Shown here in pieces: positions 13,720-28,700 of a DNA stretch of 64,000 nt (position 1 is the first letter of the stretch; each line of letters opens with the position of its first letter). The notes under the pieces are model-generated. The model was given only the letters and a program-made list of their open reading frames with translations, was not told where the DNA came from and did no database searches. The DNA lies in contig CP158635.1 in NCBI GenBank assembly GCA_050273025.1, positions 23,622,001 through 23,686,000 on the forward strand. The letters are read 5' to 3'. This stretch comes from Cenococcum geophilum. Its lineage: Eukaryota. Position numbers and translations under genes: made by a program.

Positions 13720-14700
13720 TACTGCCTATAGTATACTTTAAACTCGCGAAGCTAGCTATATTACTAACAAAGCCATTAGTAGCACCTAACTCTAAAGCCC
13801 TATAAAATCTGAATAAATTTTCGTTTTTTATAGCACGTAGATTATTTAGACTCTACTATTATTCCAATATAATATCCCTAAACTATTTTAGTTTCTCTTA
13901 TATTATAGCGTTATATATCCTCTCTAGCTTCTAGATAAATAGACATTAAATAGTATCTATATCCTCTTTATTAACTAATATAGGACTTAAGCGTGGGTGC
14001 TCGTTAACGTTGTATATAAGGGTAGGAGGCGGCAGTAGTAGAGGGCTAATAGTAGGAGCAGTAGCTTAGATTTAAGGCTAAATAGGCAGTTAAGCAGGCA
14101 GCAGTATAGGTAGTTAAAGCGGCTGCGGTAGTAGATAAGGTACTTAATTCTACGGATACTATATATAGAAAGGGCCGGTGTGGTGTTAAGGATATACAGG
14201 CAGCTGCTAATTAAAACCATATAGAAATATCGCCATTTACTACTACTATCTCTACATAGCAACTAGACGGCCACGCTCCTCTTATTCCTTACGTCATTTA
14301 TTATAGCACTTCTCCCTCTCTTTCTCTCTATCCTCTAATTAACGTCTATAGGCCTCTATCTGCAGTTCTTAAAGCTTAGCTATATAGTTAGTTACTATAT
14401 AAAGCTTAGCTACCGCTAAGGGTTTATAAAATCGTCAACCTAGGCAGCTAACTAAACCGTCTACTATAAGAGTATGGAAAACCTTTATAGACAGCTCCTC
14501 GTACTAAGTGTCGCTAGAGGCAATAGTATTTACCTAGGCCTTGTGCTAAGCAGTATTAATAGCGTAGTATTAACTATTAAATATATAGTAGAAGTTCTAA
14601 TAGTTACTATAGTTTATATCTATATACTTAATCTATTTCCCTAGGCGAGTTTAAAAGTTAGTAATATCCTTATACACTACTTACCGGCTTAGATTCTGCT
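13720..14700 (-). pseudogene. RIP-degraded hypothetical gene fragment (Pro-rich segment followed by a helical C-terminal region)
   Basis: The minus strand de-RIPs to a plausible frame (PLLLPPPT..HPRLSPVLVDEED..FIWKLER) at ~14045-13720. Family not recognised; limits approximate. Confidence 0.3.
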
Positions 14701-14831
14701 ATAGTAATAGCTCTAGGCGTAATTTTATAGGCGCGCCTTTACCTAATATAAGAGTAGGACTCTTAGACTATAAGGCAACTAGTAGAGAAGATAGGATCTT
14801 AATAGATTCTTTAATATCTTTAATAACCTTC

Positions 14832-15031
14832 TATAAGGGATATTATTGCGGATACCTTAGGTTGCCCTTAAGACAACCCCTAGATGCCTTTTAAATGGTC
14901 GCCGGTTATATACCGGAGGTACATGCCTATAGTATATAGTCTCTATAATCCAAAAGGCCTTACCTCCTTAAGAATTTATCTCTTTTACCAATCTATTCTG
15001 TTCCACAATTGTACCTTATAGCCCCCTTATA
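14832..15031 (+). repeat. 5' LTR of D (200 bp; 17-bp deletion near its 3' end)
   Basis: TATAAGGG(=TGTAAGGG)...CCCTTATA; matches 37634-37850 and the reverse complement of 44383-44599. Confidence 0.9.
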
Positions 15032-16318
15032 TTTAAACCCTTCCTACTCCTTTCAGAAAGGTAGTCGGCTTTAAGGACTAAATTATTTATTTATATCTTT
15101 TATTTGCAACTACTATCCTCCCTTAAAATCTTATAACGACCTAAATAGAAACTTCATGGGCACCTTATAGAAAGCCGTCGCGCTAAGGTAAAAAGGTCCC
15201 TCTAATAGCGAGAGATTATAATAATATAACCCTTTAGGTAAGACGGCTAAATAAGCCCTAATATCTAGATGCTTTAGGAGCTTAAAGACTTTTATATACC
15301 TACGGTTACCGGTAACGCTAAGGAAAACGCAGATACCCTTTATAATGGTTATAACGCTGCTAAAAAGTAACCGGAACCCCTTTAGCCCTACTTAGGCTAA
15401 TTAAAAGATTAAGCGCTAGAGGTAACTCTAAGATCTTTCCCTAAGCTAGAAATACTAGAGAAATATATTAATATATCTAACTAGGGAACTAACCGGAACC
15501 CTCCCGGAAGACCACTGGCCTATAATTAGCATAGTAGTGGTATATAGACTGCTTATAAACTAAGCGGGCCTACCCCTTTAGGTAGTTTAAACTAACTACT
15601 AACTTAAGACCTAAGCCTTATTAGGAAGTCTATACTAGCTACTAGTACTAATACTACCTCTATAGTAGGAGCTTCCCTAGGCCTAAGTTTAGAAGGTTAA
15701 GAGCCTTATACTAATCTTCTTTAAGACAGATATTGGGAAGCTGTTATAAGGCTCTTAGAAGCCATATAGGAGGAAGCCACTAATAAATATATTAGAACCC
15801 TCTAAGGGTAAATCTATATTTAGTAGGGTTTAATTTAAGCTAAGTAAAAATTTTTATAACTTAGTTAAGGCTAAGGGCTTTCTAGGGGCTACTTAGTACC
15901 TACCTAAGAAGGTATAGAGGACTTAGAGAGTTATCTACACTATAAATAGAAAAAGGACATAGACCGACTAGCTAAGGCCTTTAGTAGTCTAAAACTCCAC
16001 TATAGGCCTAACGCCTAGTAGTTGGACGATTGGGTTCGTAAGGTAGACAACTTCTTTAAGATGCTAATAATATAAGATAATACTAAAGAGCGTATATGCT
16101 AGATTATTAATAAGATTAAAGACCAATTACTAAACTAAATCGCACTTAATTAGCTTAATAAAGAGTAAATTACTATATAGCTATAGCTGTAAACCTTTTT
16201 AAAGAAATAGACTTAAGATCTGTATATTATATAATATAATAATATAGAGCTATTTTAAAATGGGATATAGCTTAACCGCTATAACTTCTGCTAGTTTATA
16301 AACTTTATAGAAACTTAT

Positions 16319-19300
16319 TGTCGGGAATGAGGTAAGCGGTCGTTACGTGACGCCGCGGCACTAGCGTGGCGAGGAGTCTTAAGCTCCTCGCCCTTCCTTA
16401 TTTTTAATAAGAATAAGTATATTAACCAACATTACTGTAACCTACTCAAGTAGTCGTTATTAGTGAGTCACCCTATATAACTAATACTAATTAGTGGTTA
16501 AATACACAGTCAACTACAAAGCAGCTAGGTTTTTAAATAGAAAAGATAGTCTTGTATAGGGGTGTTATATGCGCTTATATAGAATGGATTCCGGCGATAC
16601 TATACTACCTTAAACTTGCGGAAAACTAGTAATAGAAGTGTTACTAAGTACTAGGAGATACCAAGTTACGTCTATTATGTAGAATAACCGCGTTTATAAA
16701 GATTTGATTAAGTACTTTAGGTTAGAAGTATTACTAAACCTAAGGTCCTAAGTTGATAACTAAAACGCGTCAAATAACCTTTATTCTCTTTAATCTTTTT
16801 ATTAAAACGTATTAAATAACTACCTTAATACCTAACTATACGTTAAACAACAACCTTAATACCCTCTGTGTACCTTCGCAGATTCTACTATAGCGTTAAC
16901 CTACCTAAAGAAGTACGAGAAAGATATTAACCTAGAGATATAGAATACCGATATAACTAACCTTAAAGATATTAATTAGCAAGACTTAAACGGATTCTTA
17001 TTATACCGCATAGTATACTATAAAGATAGCGAATATAATAACACTATGCTATAGTACTGTGTAAGGGAGGACTTTATTAGATAGATAAAGGGAACATAAA
17101 CTCCTATAAAGAAGAATATTATACGAGACTTCCGTAACTTCTTGCGGGAGTATAAAGTGTTTATACCTATAGACGGGGGTACTATTAGAGATAATATTTA
17201 GGAGCAGGTTATTAACGTAAAAGAAAAGTATAAATGGACTTTATAAGAGATTAAGCACTAACTACGCACTATAAGGAAGCTTAACTTACGATAGAATTTA
17301 AGTAATATACCTTTAAAGACAAATCTACCTCCGCTTTTAACTCCTCTGTATCCAATTTAACCTATAACTTTAACTTTGGATACTATACCCCAATAAGAGT
17401 AGGTACAGGATCCTATTACTTTATAATTTACTAACCTTTAAACTCCACTAATTAGACCTACATCCCCACTATAGCCTATAATATAACTTCTACCTCCTTT
17501 ATCTTAATCTTAAATTAGAGGCAGTTTAAAATTACTTATAGAGCTTACGAAGCTCTATTTAGATTAAAAGAAGAAGTTTAGCGGGGAATTATATAATATT
17601 CTTAATTTAAAACTACGTATCTTCTATAACTGTTGCTAGAAGGTAGGAATAGAGTCTAATTAGTACTATAACGCCTATTCTATTATGATTAAGGGCCGAG
17701 CTAGTACCTTTTATTATAATCGTTTAGCAGGAAAAGGATATAATTTTAACCGCATAATATATAAGTTAAGATACTACTTTAAAATAGAAGAGAATAAATA
17801 GTAGTATATATTAGAATAGAGAGAGACTACCTTTTTAAGGATTATTGCTATAAACCTAGGTGTCCCTTGGCTTAATTATCTTTAAAAGCTCTTTAATCAA
17901 CTTTAGATAATTTAGCGTAGTTTATCCAAATTATATTAAGAGGATTTTAGCCTATATAATTAAGTTATTAGCGTATACTAAGGTATTAAAGAATATAACC
18001 TTACTCTCTTTAATCCTATAAATACTTATAAAGGTATATATACTTAATTAAGATCTTCTATTAGCACCGCTTTACGCTCTTAAGAAGTACAGCAATTTAA
18101 CGCCTAACTTTAACCTACTTTAATTAACCCGCCTAACTAATATAATTATAACTAGACTAATCGAATATATAATAGCCGTAGTAGGTAATACGGCAGAGGG
18201 TATAATTAACAACTATAAGGTAAAGGTAGAGGTCCTTATAGAGGTCCATTTCGAAGTAATTACTAGAAGAAGTGCTACGTTTATAAGAAACCAAATTACT
18301 AGTTAACTAGGCATTCTTTTAATAAACAAAAGGAGGTATATAATAAGTTTCGCCAAAGTATAAGAAACGTTAAAAATTATAAGGCTGCTATAGCCTACTT
18401 CTAAAGCTTTCTAGTTCAATATAAAGGCGTAAAAGATCTTAAGGGTAAGGTTAATAAGGCCAAACAGCTCCTTATAGATATAGAAATTAAGGACTACTTA
18501 CCTAACTAATACTTTACTAAGTATAGTAAGGTAAATGGTATATAAACCGTTACTATTCTTAATAACTAATCTACGCTCTATTTTATTATAAAGTTAGATA
18601 TCTTTAATAAGCCAAAAAAGAGTGTTACGGACGCTTTAAGTACGATATTACAACTACTTAGAGAGGAGTTAGAAGAAGCTAGTTAGTTAATATAGGCACG
18701 GTCTAGGATGGAACCGGTAGAACTATATGACGAGGAATAGTAACCGAGGTCATATAATATGATCTGTGTAATCTGTGTAATCTATATAATCTATAATAGA
18801 GTAAATAGAGCAGACAGAGCAAACGGAGCAAGGACTTTCTTAGGCGCAGTTTGTGTATTTAAAGGACCTTAGTCCCTACCTAAATAGTTCCTTTCTTTGT
18901 AGTGAATCTTAGAATACAATTAGAGTTAATCTATTAGGCAACCACTCCACCAGTTATTATTACGTTGTTGACTTCCTGTATCACCTGTACACCTAGCCCA
19001 TTAACGAGTCCACCGTAGTTCTTGCTATAAGGCTCCGTTATAAAGAGCTCCGCGTTCTCCTTTAATAATAAATACTCGGCGAATATCTTCTATAGTATTA
19101 TGCCAGATACTAAAGCTGTAGGAGTATCTATAGCAGGAGAACCTTAAGTTTATGCCCTTTAGCAGCTTAGTAACTCTGTTTGGATTAACTATTTAATGGT
19201 AGGCCAATATACAATTCGTTTTAGTAAGGGTACTGCGATCTTTCTTAGCACAATTAGGGTCCAAACCCCCTTAGGGTGCATTACTTTCCACATTATTCCT

Positions 19301-22300
19301 ATAAATACTCTATTTCTATTTTATATTAAAGATATAAATAAATTAGGCGTTAAGCTTAATAACCTTAAGAATATGCTTGTGTAGGGAGATAGTCGGGTAC
19401 CTATCGTACGTAAGTAGGGTTACCCTTAGTTGCTCCTTTATTAACTAGAAAAGAGTATTGCTTAAAGCCACCTAACTAAGTTAGAGTTACGTTAACTACA
19501 CCGTCGTTTTAGCTACCTATCCGTTTATTAATTGCTTAGGGTTCTTTAGCGAGTAAGCTATAAAGTTAAGGTTAAGGCAATTAAGCATCTTATAAAGTAC
19601 TACTATTACTACTAAATAAACCAGAAGTCCCCCAGCCGATTTAAGTTTACCCTTAAAAATAACTACGACTTTAACTTCTATATTATTGTTAACGTTATAT
19701 ATCTTAGCGGCAAGCCAGTACTCTAAGTTATTAACTTCTTAACCTCCTTCTAAGCCGTATGTTTCTTAAAGGATATATTAGCTAAAAACGCATAGGATAC
19801 CCTATAATTATGCTAGATTAATATCTACTTAGGACCCCCTAATTAAATCGTCTATAACGTAGAAAAGAACTTCTTATTTATAGAGTTTTAATAACAGATA
19901 AAGGCAGTGGCAATTAAGGTTAAGGAAGTCCCTATTAAGGTATATAATAGTATTAGAAAAGTAGAGCGATATTACACACTATTACGCCGCGTATATAAGA
20001 TTATCTCTTTAAAACTAGAGGACGCTAGCAAAGAACTTACCTTATAAATGGCTGTTAAAGCTGTTAACGATTCCGCTGGCCTAGATAGACTTATACCTAC
20101 GTTACTAGTCTTTAACGCCTACCCTTAAATAACTAATAATTCTCCACTATCTCCCTCTATCGTATAATAAGTTAAAGCTATTTATAAGGCAATAAAGAAG
20201 GTGCGACGTCTCTACGCTATACGCTAGGTCAACGACGCACTAGGAATAAGAAATAGCCTAAATACCTTAACTACACTTAATCTGCCACTCCAGTCTAAAG
20301 TACGCGTATAGCATAAAAAGGGAGGGTAGTTAGGCCCACATTAACCTATTATAATTAATGGTTAAACTTATACTATTTAGATGCCTTATAAATCCACTTA
20401 ATTCCGTTTAACTATTATTAAGCCTTTATAGGATGCCCTAAAGAAGAACTATAATTATTATACTTTAAAAGGCGACTATAATTCTAATATAATTATAGTA
20501 GAGGTACCATAACTATAACGCGGTAGAGGTCGCCTAAAAGGATTATAAAATCGCCAATATCTTATTAATTTTGAAGAGCAATTTATTGCCGCTATTAAGA
20601 ATAGAGTTAAGTTATTAATAGCCTTTATAACAGCTAAGGAGAAGGCTAACTTTAAGCTCGCAAAACAGCTCTAAAAGGAAGGTTGTATTATAACTCCTAG
20701 AGCTCCTTTCTAAGCATCTAATAAGTAGGAGATTAATAGTCTTATTATAAGAGAAGTCTTTAAGTTTAAGAAATATAACCCTACTAAGTTTAATAAAGTT
20801 CGCATCTTTAAGTTAAGAATAGTTAATAAGATTAAAGGCAAAGCTACTAACGCTCCATTTAAGAAATTAAGGCTTATTATTTAAGCTTATAACGGTAATA
20901 GTAAGGAGGTAATTCTTACGCAATCTCCTATAATTTAACGAGCTAGTTAGTAAGTTATTATTATATTAGCTCCCTCTTTAATAAAGAATAAAATGGCGGT
21001 TTATTTATAAGATATTACTTAAGCCTACACCCAATTAGAGATATACCTTTAGCGCTTAATATTAGTATACCTTCTAGAGAAAATTCGCCACCAGTATCCT
21101 AAAGATATAATTATAGTTATGCTTAAGCTATTATATAAAATTGTAGAGGCAGGAACTTACTAGTGGGCTACCTATAGTAAGCATTATAAAGAGAAGCTTT
21201 TAATAACTGCTTTTATATTTAATCCCTACTTCCTTATTATAACTACAGGAACTCTATTTAGAATTATCGGTATATAAACTAATAATATAATTATCTTAGG
21301 AGACGACCAGTTCTTAGCTCTTAAAGAAAATAAGCTAGTAAAGGCAAATCTTATAGCAAAGCTAAAGGAAAAGCTTAATTTAATAACACTATTACTCTTT
21401 AATAAATGTATCCTCTCCCTAAATAAGGATTCTATTACTTTATGCCAGAAGGGTTAAGGTAAGAAGATTAACGTTATTAACGTTAATTTTCTAAAGTAAG
21501 GATATGTAGAGCAACGCGCTTATGAAGCTTATATTACTTCTATCTATTAACTTAAGGCTTTATTTAATCTCTCTATTACTACTTAATACTAGGAACTAAC
21601 TAAGGATAACGTTCTTGCCCTAAATAAGCGTCTTTTTTAGTAAATAAACTATTTTAATTAGGGACTACTCTATATGCTTACTAATCTCCCTACCGCCAAG
21701 CTCTTTGTATTTATTAATAGGTCATTTATAAATAATAAAGATTTTAGCTCCTAGTTAGGATATAAGATTATTATTACGAATAAATCTACTAAAGAGAATA
21801 ACTTTATAATCTACGGTAATCTTATCTATTAGAGCTTAACTAAGAGTAAGTGTATTACTTAAAGCGTTCTAGCGTTAGAGATATATAAAATAGTTAGTAG
21901 AGTTAATATAGTAATTGCAATTGGAACTACCTTAAAAATAATTATAGATTGACTTAAACTTCCCGTTATCCCTATAATCGTATATACCAACTTATACTCC
22001 CTCTATAAGTGCTTAGTTAAGCTTAATACTATAAAGGAGAAGCGCCTTATAATTAACATTATAGCACTTCGTTAATCCTACAAACGGCAAAAACTCTTTA
22101 AGATTTAATGGATTAATGGTTAAGATAACCCGGCAGATGTAATAATAAAGGTAAACCTAAATAAGGCTCTAGAGGCGTTTATTAATATAAACAATCTATA
22201 TATACGGGTTAAAGGTTAGGTTAAAAGGGAGTAGGAGTATAATAATCTACAAACCCTAATTTCAACTAGCCAATTAGGATTTTTCATCCCTGGGATAGAA

Positions 22301-22685
22301 AATTGCTATTAGCTCACTTATAACTAGCGCCTTAGCGGCCTAGATATAATATCTACCTATAACTCCTAAGTAAGAAAACACCACGTGCTAAGAGGCAAAT
22401 TTTAGGATAGTAAGACTTATATTATAACGGCAATAGTAAGTAAGGAGGATTAATATTTATTACGCTAGTTAAGCAGTATTTATATATAGATAGCAACTAT
22501 AAAAGAAGAGTTGCTAGTGTCGGGAATAAGGTAAGCGGTTATCACGTGACGCCGCGGCACTAGCGTGGCGAGGAGTCTTAAGCTCCTCGCCCTTCCTCAT
22601 TTTTAATAAGAATAAGCATATTAACCAACATCACTGTAACCTACTCAAGTAGTCGTTATTGGTGAGTCACCCTATATAACCAACA
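16319..22685 (+). mobile_element. Ty1/Copia LTR retrotransposon F, full length, RIP-inactivated, inserted in the gag of D
   Basis: 168-bp LTRs at 16319-16486 and 22518-22685; TSD CTTAT (16314-16318 and 22686-22690). Copia domain order: integrase (LHRRFGH ~19495; VERYH ~19960), RT (KSRLVIQ ~20865; DITQAY ~21010), RNase H ending INGQDNPAD.MTK (~22112-22150). Confidence 0.95.
18623..19042 (+). mobile_element. Solo LTR of the B/E Gypsy family (420 bp) inserted in Copia F
   Basis: TGTTACGGACGC...GGCTCCGTTATA with perfect TSD AAGAG (18618-18622 and 19043-19047); reverse complement of the E LTRs at both ends. Confidence 0.95.
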
Positions 22686-25600
22686 CTTATACTTAATAAA
22701 TAAATCTAAAGCCCTTTAAAAATAAAGACGGTAGTATTTATAAAAAGAAAAAGATTGGGTTTATCTAAGCTAGTAATTTATAATAAAATAAAGCGCGTAG
22801 GAGCCCTATTACGGATTACTATATATATATAGATTTTAGACAAGTAGTTCTAAACGCTAAAGATATAGTAAGGAACTAGACCTCTTTTAGTAGAAAGCTA
22901 GGGGGTTACTAGAGATATAGGCACTTTAATAGTAATATAGGGCAGACCTAACCTTTAAAAAAGCCATTCTTAAAGAAAACTTTAAAAGGGTTAAAGTTAG
23001 AAGCCTTAAATAATAAAAAAGACTCCTAGGGTTAACCTAATACCTATTTAGCACCTTTATAGAAATACTTTAAGAAGTTAAGAGAAAACTCTAAAGGTAA
23101 ATTCTATTAGAAAAATAGGTAGGGTAATAACTGCACTAATAATTTAAAAAAAGAAAAGCCCTAGTTGTGGACCTCTCCTAGCTATAACTAGGGTAAGATA
23201 TAAAAGGAAAAACTCTCTATATTGCTGTTAAGCTAGAAATAATACTCCCTATAGGTAAGATGCGTTAATTCTAAGCACTATATAATAGTGGCTCCGAAAT
23301 TAATCTTATATAATATAATTTAGTAAAAGAGTATAAACCTATTATAGGCTTTTTAGATAAGCATTAGATTAAACTATATAGTGCCTATAAGCTTATAGTA
23401 TTAGTGGCCGATATATATAACTATACTAAGGTAGTTAGCCTATAACCCTTTTAGGCGGCTAACTTTATAGGTTATAACCTTAGCTTATAGAAGTAGATCC
23501 TAAGATACGCTTTAAGACTAGAGCCTTTAAATAGTAGAATAATAAAGATTTAGAAGGGTGTATATTACTAATAAGCCTAAAGGATACCCTAGAGAATATA
23601 GCCCTAGGTAAAATAGTATACGCTTTATACCTAAAGAAGTATTAAATCTAACCCCTATTTAATGGTGAGATGGGTATAAAGCCTAGTATAGGTAATAACC
23701 CCTTTATAATAGAGACTTTATAGGGAACTACTGGATAGGTCGCGGAGATATTATAGGGAGGCGGCGATCTTAAGGATTTTATAAGATACTTTAACCATTA
23801 TAGGTTACTCTAGCTTAAGCAATATATAGAGAATATACTACAGCACCTTAAACGCTATATTAAAGAATTTCCTACCCTTTACTAGCTACTATATAAAATG
23901 GTATAATATACGGTAGCAACTATATATAAGTAACTACTATAGCGCACGACGCTGCCTATAAGCATTTTAAGGGAGCTTTAGGACCTACTTAATAATAGCA
24001 TAAAGGATAAACGCGACCCTAATTTGTTAAATATTCTAGTAGGCCTAAGGGACTTATTAAGGGTATTTTTGGGTAGAAGAGCTAAAGTCCTACCATAGAA
24101 CTCGGAGTATAATTATATAATTAATTTAAAAGAAGGTAAATAACCGCCGAACCTTCCTATTTATAACCTCTCTTATAAAGAGCTTAAGATCTTACAAGAA
24201 TACCTTAATAGTTTACTAAAAAAGGAGTAGATCCGGCCTAGTAAGTTACTAGTAGGCACGCTAATCCTTTTTATTTTAAAACTAGATAGAACTATAAGGC
24301 TATATATAGACTATTATAGTCTTAATAAGATTATAATTAAGAACTATTACCTACTACTACTAGTTAGTAAAATACTAGATTAACTATTTAGGGTAAAGAT
24401 TTTTACAAAGCTAGATTTATAAGACGCCTATTATAGGCTCTGTATTAAAAATAGGGGTAAGTAAAAAACCGCTTTTAAGACCTAATATAGCTACTTTAAG
24501 TATCTGGTGATGCCTTTTAGGCTAGCTAATACGCCTATAATATTCTAATTATATATTTATAGAGCTTTAGGGGGACTAGTTAACAGTATATACGTTATTT
24601 ATCTAAATAATATTCTAATCTACTTAGAAAATAAGAATTAGTATAAGTAATACATCCGTAAAGTGCTAAAACGTTTAGATAATTAGGGCCTTTACGCTAA
24701 GGCGTTAAAGTATATATTTAATACTAAGTAGGTTAAGTTTCTAGGCTATATTATAATGCCTATAGGCGTAGTTATAAACCTAGTATAGGTATAGATAATT
24801 TAAAAGTAGCTAAAGCTAGAGAGTTATTAGGATATTTAAGTGTTCTTAGGCTTTGCTAATTTCTATAAGTACTTTATTTATAACTACTTAGACATTACCT
24901 AATACTTATTTAACTATATTACAGAAGCTTTTTAAGACCTAACCTAAGGAGTAAAATACTTAAAGGTGATAAGGAAGAAAATTAAAAAGGGACTAACTAA
25001 ATAGTATAAGCTATAGCTATAGCCTAAAAAGGTTTAAAAGGCCTTTTAAAAACTATATATAAAGTTTATGGAAGCTTTATTACTATAGTATTTTAACCTA
25101 GATTAGCTACTAATAATAGTTACTAATATATTAAATTTTACCCTTATTAGTATTCTACTATAACCTAATAGGTATCTAGACGCTACCTTGCTTTACTAAA
25201 GACTAGTAGTATTTTATAGTAGAAAATTCTAGGGGCTTAAAGTTAGGTATTATACCTATAATAAGAAACTACTAGCTATAGTTAACTGCTTTAAATAGTA
25301 GCGATACTACCTTAAGTACGCGAACTATACTACTTATATACTCTTAGATTATTATAATTTATACTACTTTATAACTATAAAGGAGCTTATACCTTAATAA
25401 GCTAAATAAGTAAAGAAACTTACGCCATTTAATTTTAAAATTAAATATAAGCTAGGGGAAAATAACCCTACTAATAGACCGTTATAATGGCTAGATTATA
25501 CTAAAGGCTTTAAAATAAAAAAAGGAAAATAAATAATAAATATTTTACTCCCTGTATTATAGAATAAGCTCTAAGTATAAAATACTTAAGTACCTATAGC

Positions 25601-25701
25601 TTTATATATTAAGTTTTAGGCAGTATAAACCTTATTAGCTTTTACTAACGTTTTAGTTAATACCCAGTTTATAACTAATAAGGGTTTAAATATACCTAAA
25701 T

Positions 25702-28700
25702 TATAACGGAGCCTTATAGCAGGAACTACGGTAGACTCGCTAATGGGCTGGGTATATAGGTATTGCAAGTAAGTCAACAACGTAATAATAACTAGTGGAG
25801 TGGTTGCATAATAGATTAACTCTAATTATATTCTAAGAATTACTATAAGGAAGGAACTATCCAGGTAGGGACTAAGGGTCCTTAAATACATAACCGTACT
25901 TCTATAAAATCCTTCTTATACGTAATGTACGTGTTATATATAAGGTATATAAGTTCCTCTTATTCCTTTTATTTAATACGTAGCACGTTATATAACCTTA
26001 GTTACCATTCCTTATTACATAGCTCCACGGGTTTTATTCTAGACCGTGCTTATATTAACTAACTAGCTTCTTCTAACTCTTCTCTAAGTAGTTATAATAT
26101 TATACTTAAAGCGTCCGTAACACTATCTCCCTCCTTTTTATCTTTATCCTTAAAGATACCTAGTATCTCTAAGTTGTTTACTAGAGGTATAATATCCGTC
26201 TAATTAATTTAGTTAATATTGTTACTTATAATGCCTAAAGCCTCTTCTTCTTTATACGCGCAATATTGTGCTTGCACTGTTGCTATTATATTATCACTTG
26301 GTGAAATAATACTATCTCCATGTTCTTGTTATATAAAAGAGGGGTTAGTTTATATTACGCTAGTAAGTCCTTTATCTTAATAACTATCCTCTTATTTAGA
26401 GTACACTAAAGTAAATATTTAATTGTTCTGTAATATTCGCTCTACTTCTAACGCTAAGTGTGCGCGTCCTATTACTTTCACTAGTCTTCAAGTTCCCTTA
26501 TTAATTGCTGCTAGGGTTTTAGGTTTAATCTACTGCTGCGAAGCTTAATAGCGACTTAGTATAGGCCCTGGCTAAGCTTAAGCGTTTTTATAATGCGGAA
26601 TAGAAGGCCCTAGATGCTTAAATTGCGGCGTTTGCTTATCTACTTTGTCTTAAGAAAGTTCGTAAGAAGGTTTGTTTTAAAGAGTAAAAACTTATAAAAT
26701 AAGGTCTATAGGAACTTAGTAATAAAAGAACGGATTCTCTTCTAATAGAGAAGGAAATAACTCTAAGTAGTTTAGCAGTCGCTCTTTCTAGGTCCCCCTT
26801 AGGTAACTTATTCTTTAGCAATTCTTCTTTATTAATATTACCTAACCTTTTTTCTTCTAATACTCCTATATCTTTCCTATAGCGTTTTTTAGGTTCTTTA
26901 GTAGTTTCTAGGTAGTCTCGTCGTAGCCTATCTACTTTACTTTATACTATGTTTTATCGTCTACGTCCTTATAACTAATAATCTTTAAAACTTGCCATTT
27001 ATTTTCCTCTTGTCCTCTATATATATCTGCTTTATAAACCGGTGGCTTAATATTTCTATATACTAGCTCTAGCATTACAATATACTATATAGGGTAGATC
27101 TTTATCCTAGCTAGTAGGTTTAACTTAAATATAACCAATAAAAATTTCTATATAATTTTAAAAGGTCCTAGTCTAACATAGTTTAACTTCTTACTTAGTT
27201 GTTAACTCTTAAAATTTTTATATAGTAGCTATACTTTATCTCCCTCCTTAAGATCTAGTCCCTTAGATCTCTTAGCATCGTAGTACTTTTTTATCCTTTG
27301 CTATACCACCTTAGCTATTTCCATAAGGTCTATATAAAGATTTATTAAACTCTTTATTCTTTACTTAGCTATGCTACTTATCTTCTTTATTTAATGTGGC
27401 AATAATAAGGTCCTTAGCTTATATCCGTAATTCGCCTTAAATAGTAATATACCTATTCCTTCTTATGGTGTTATATTATATATAAACTATATAACTAGTA
27501 ATAGCAATACCTAATTATTCTATGCATAATTAATATAATGCCTTAGATATTGTTCTAGTATCTAATTTAATCTTTTTGTTTAACTATCTATCTGTAGATA
27601 ATATACGGTAGAGGTTACTACTTAAACTCCTTACTTTGCTAAGAACACTTCCTAGAATACTATTATAAATCTTAGATCTCTGTCTAATATAATCTTACTT
27701 AGTACTCTATATCTTATAAATACTTCTTTAATATAAATTCTAGCGACATCTTCCGCTAATATTTCTTCTAAATATGCTATAAAGTATCCCTACTTTATAA
27801 GCTTATCTATTATTACTAAAATCGCGTTATAATCTTACCTAGTAATAGGATCTTTTAATTTTAGTAACTTAATAATAAAGTCCTATAATATAACCTCCTA
27901 TAGTCTCTCTAGTATTTTAATAGGTTATAGCTCTCTATATAGCTTATACCTTATTAGTTTATTCCTTTAGCAATCTAGATATTCTTTTATAACTTACCTA
28001 GCTAGTCCCTAAATTCCATTAATAATATACTTCTCTTAAAGTCTTAACACTAAGCCTATAGCTCCATTATATCCTTAAGTTAGTCCTTTATAAAATAACT
28101 TAATAAACTCCTTTATAATAGATCTTAGTACGTATATTACTTCTTAATTTTTATACTACTTTAAGTCTAGATCCTCTATTTATATATTTAGGATCTTTTA
28201 TATCTAATTACTTTCTAATAATTTATAGGTCTTCTCTTCTTATATTATTATAATCTTTAGATAATTATACCTAATTAATCTGTCTATATCCTTTCGCAAT
28301 AAAGCCCCTAATAGCTTTTTATTATTCTATAGTTTAGCCTTTTTACTTAAAGCGTCTGCTTATGCATTTTCTATACCCTTAGTATACTAAATCTTGAAAT
28401 GGTATTCTATAAGCATCTCCGCCTATTTTACCTATCTGCAATTAAGTTCTTTTGTTATTAGGAACCCTATTAGGTTCTTATAATCCGTTTTAACTATAAA
28501 TAGTTTTTCTATACCTTATAAGAATAATCTCTATTCTTTTAGTGCTATAACTATACCTAATAACTCCTTATTATAGATGTTATAGTTTAATTCCAGTAGT
28601 GTTATCTTTTAACTATAATATGCCACTAGGTGATATCTATCTTTATATTTCTATAAAAAGTACGCTTCTAGTATATAGTCTAATACATCTATTTTAACCA

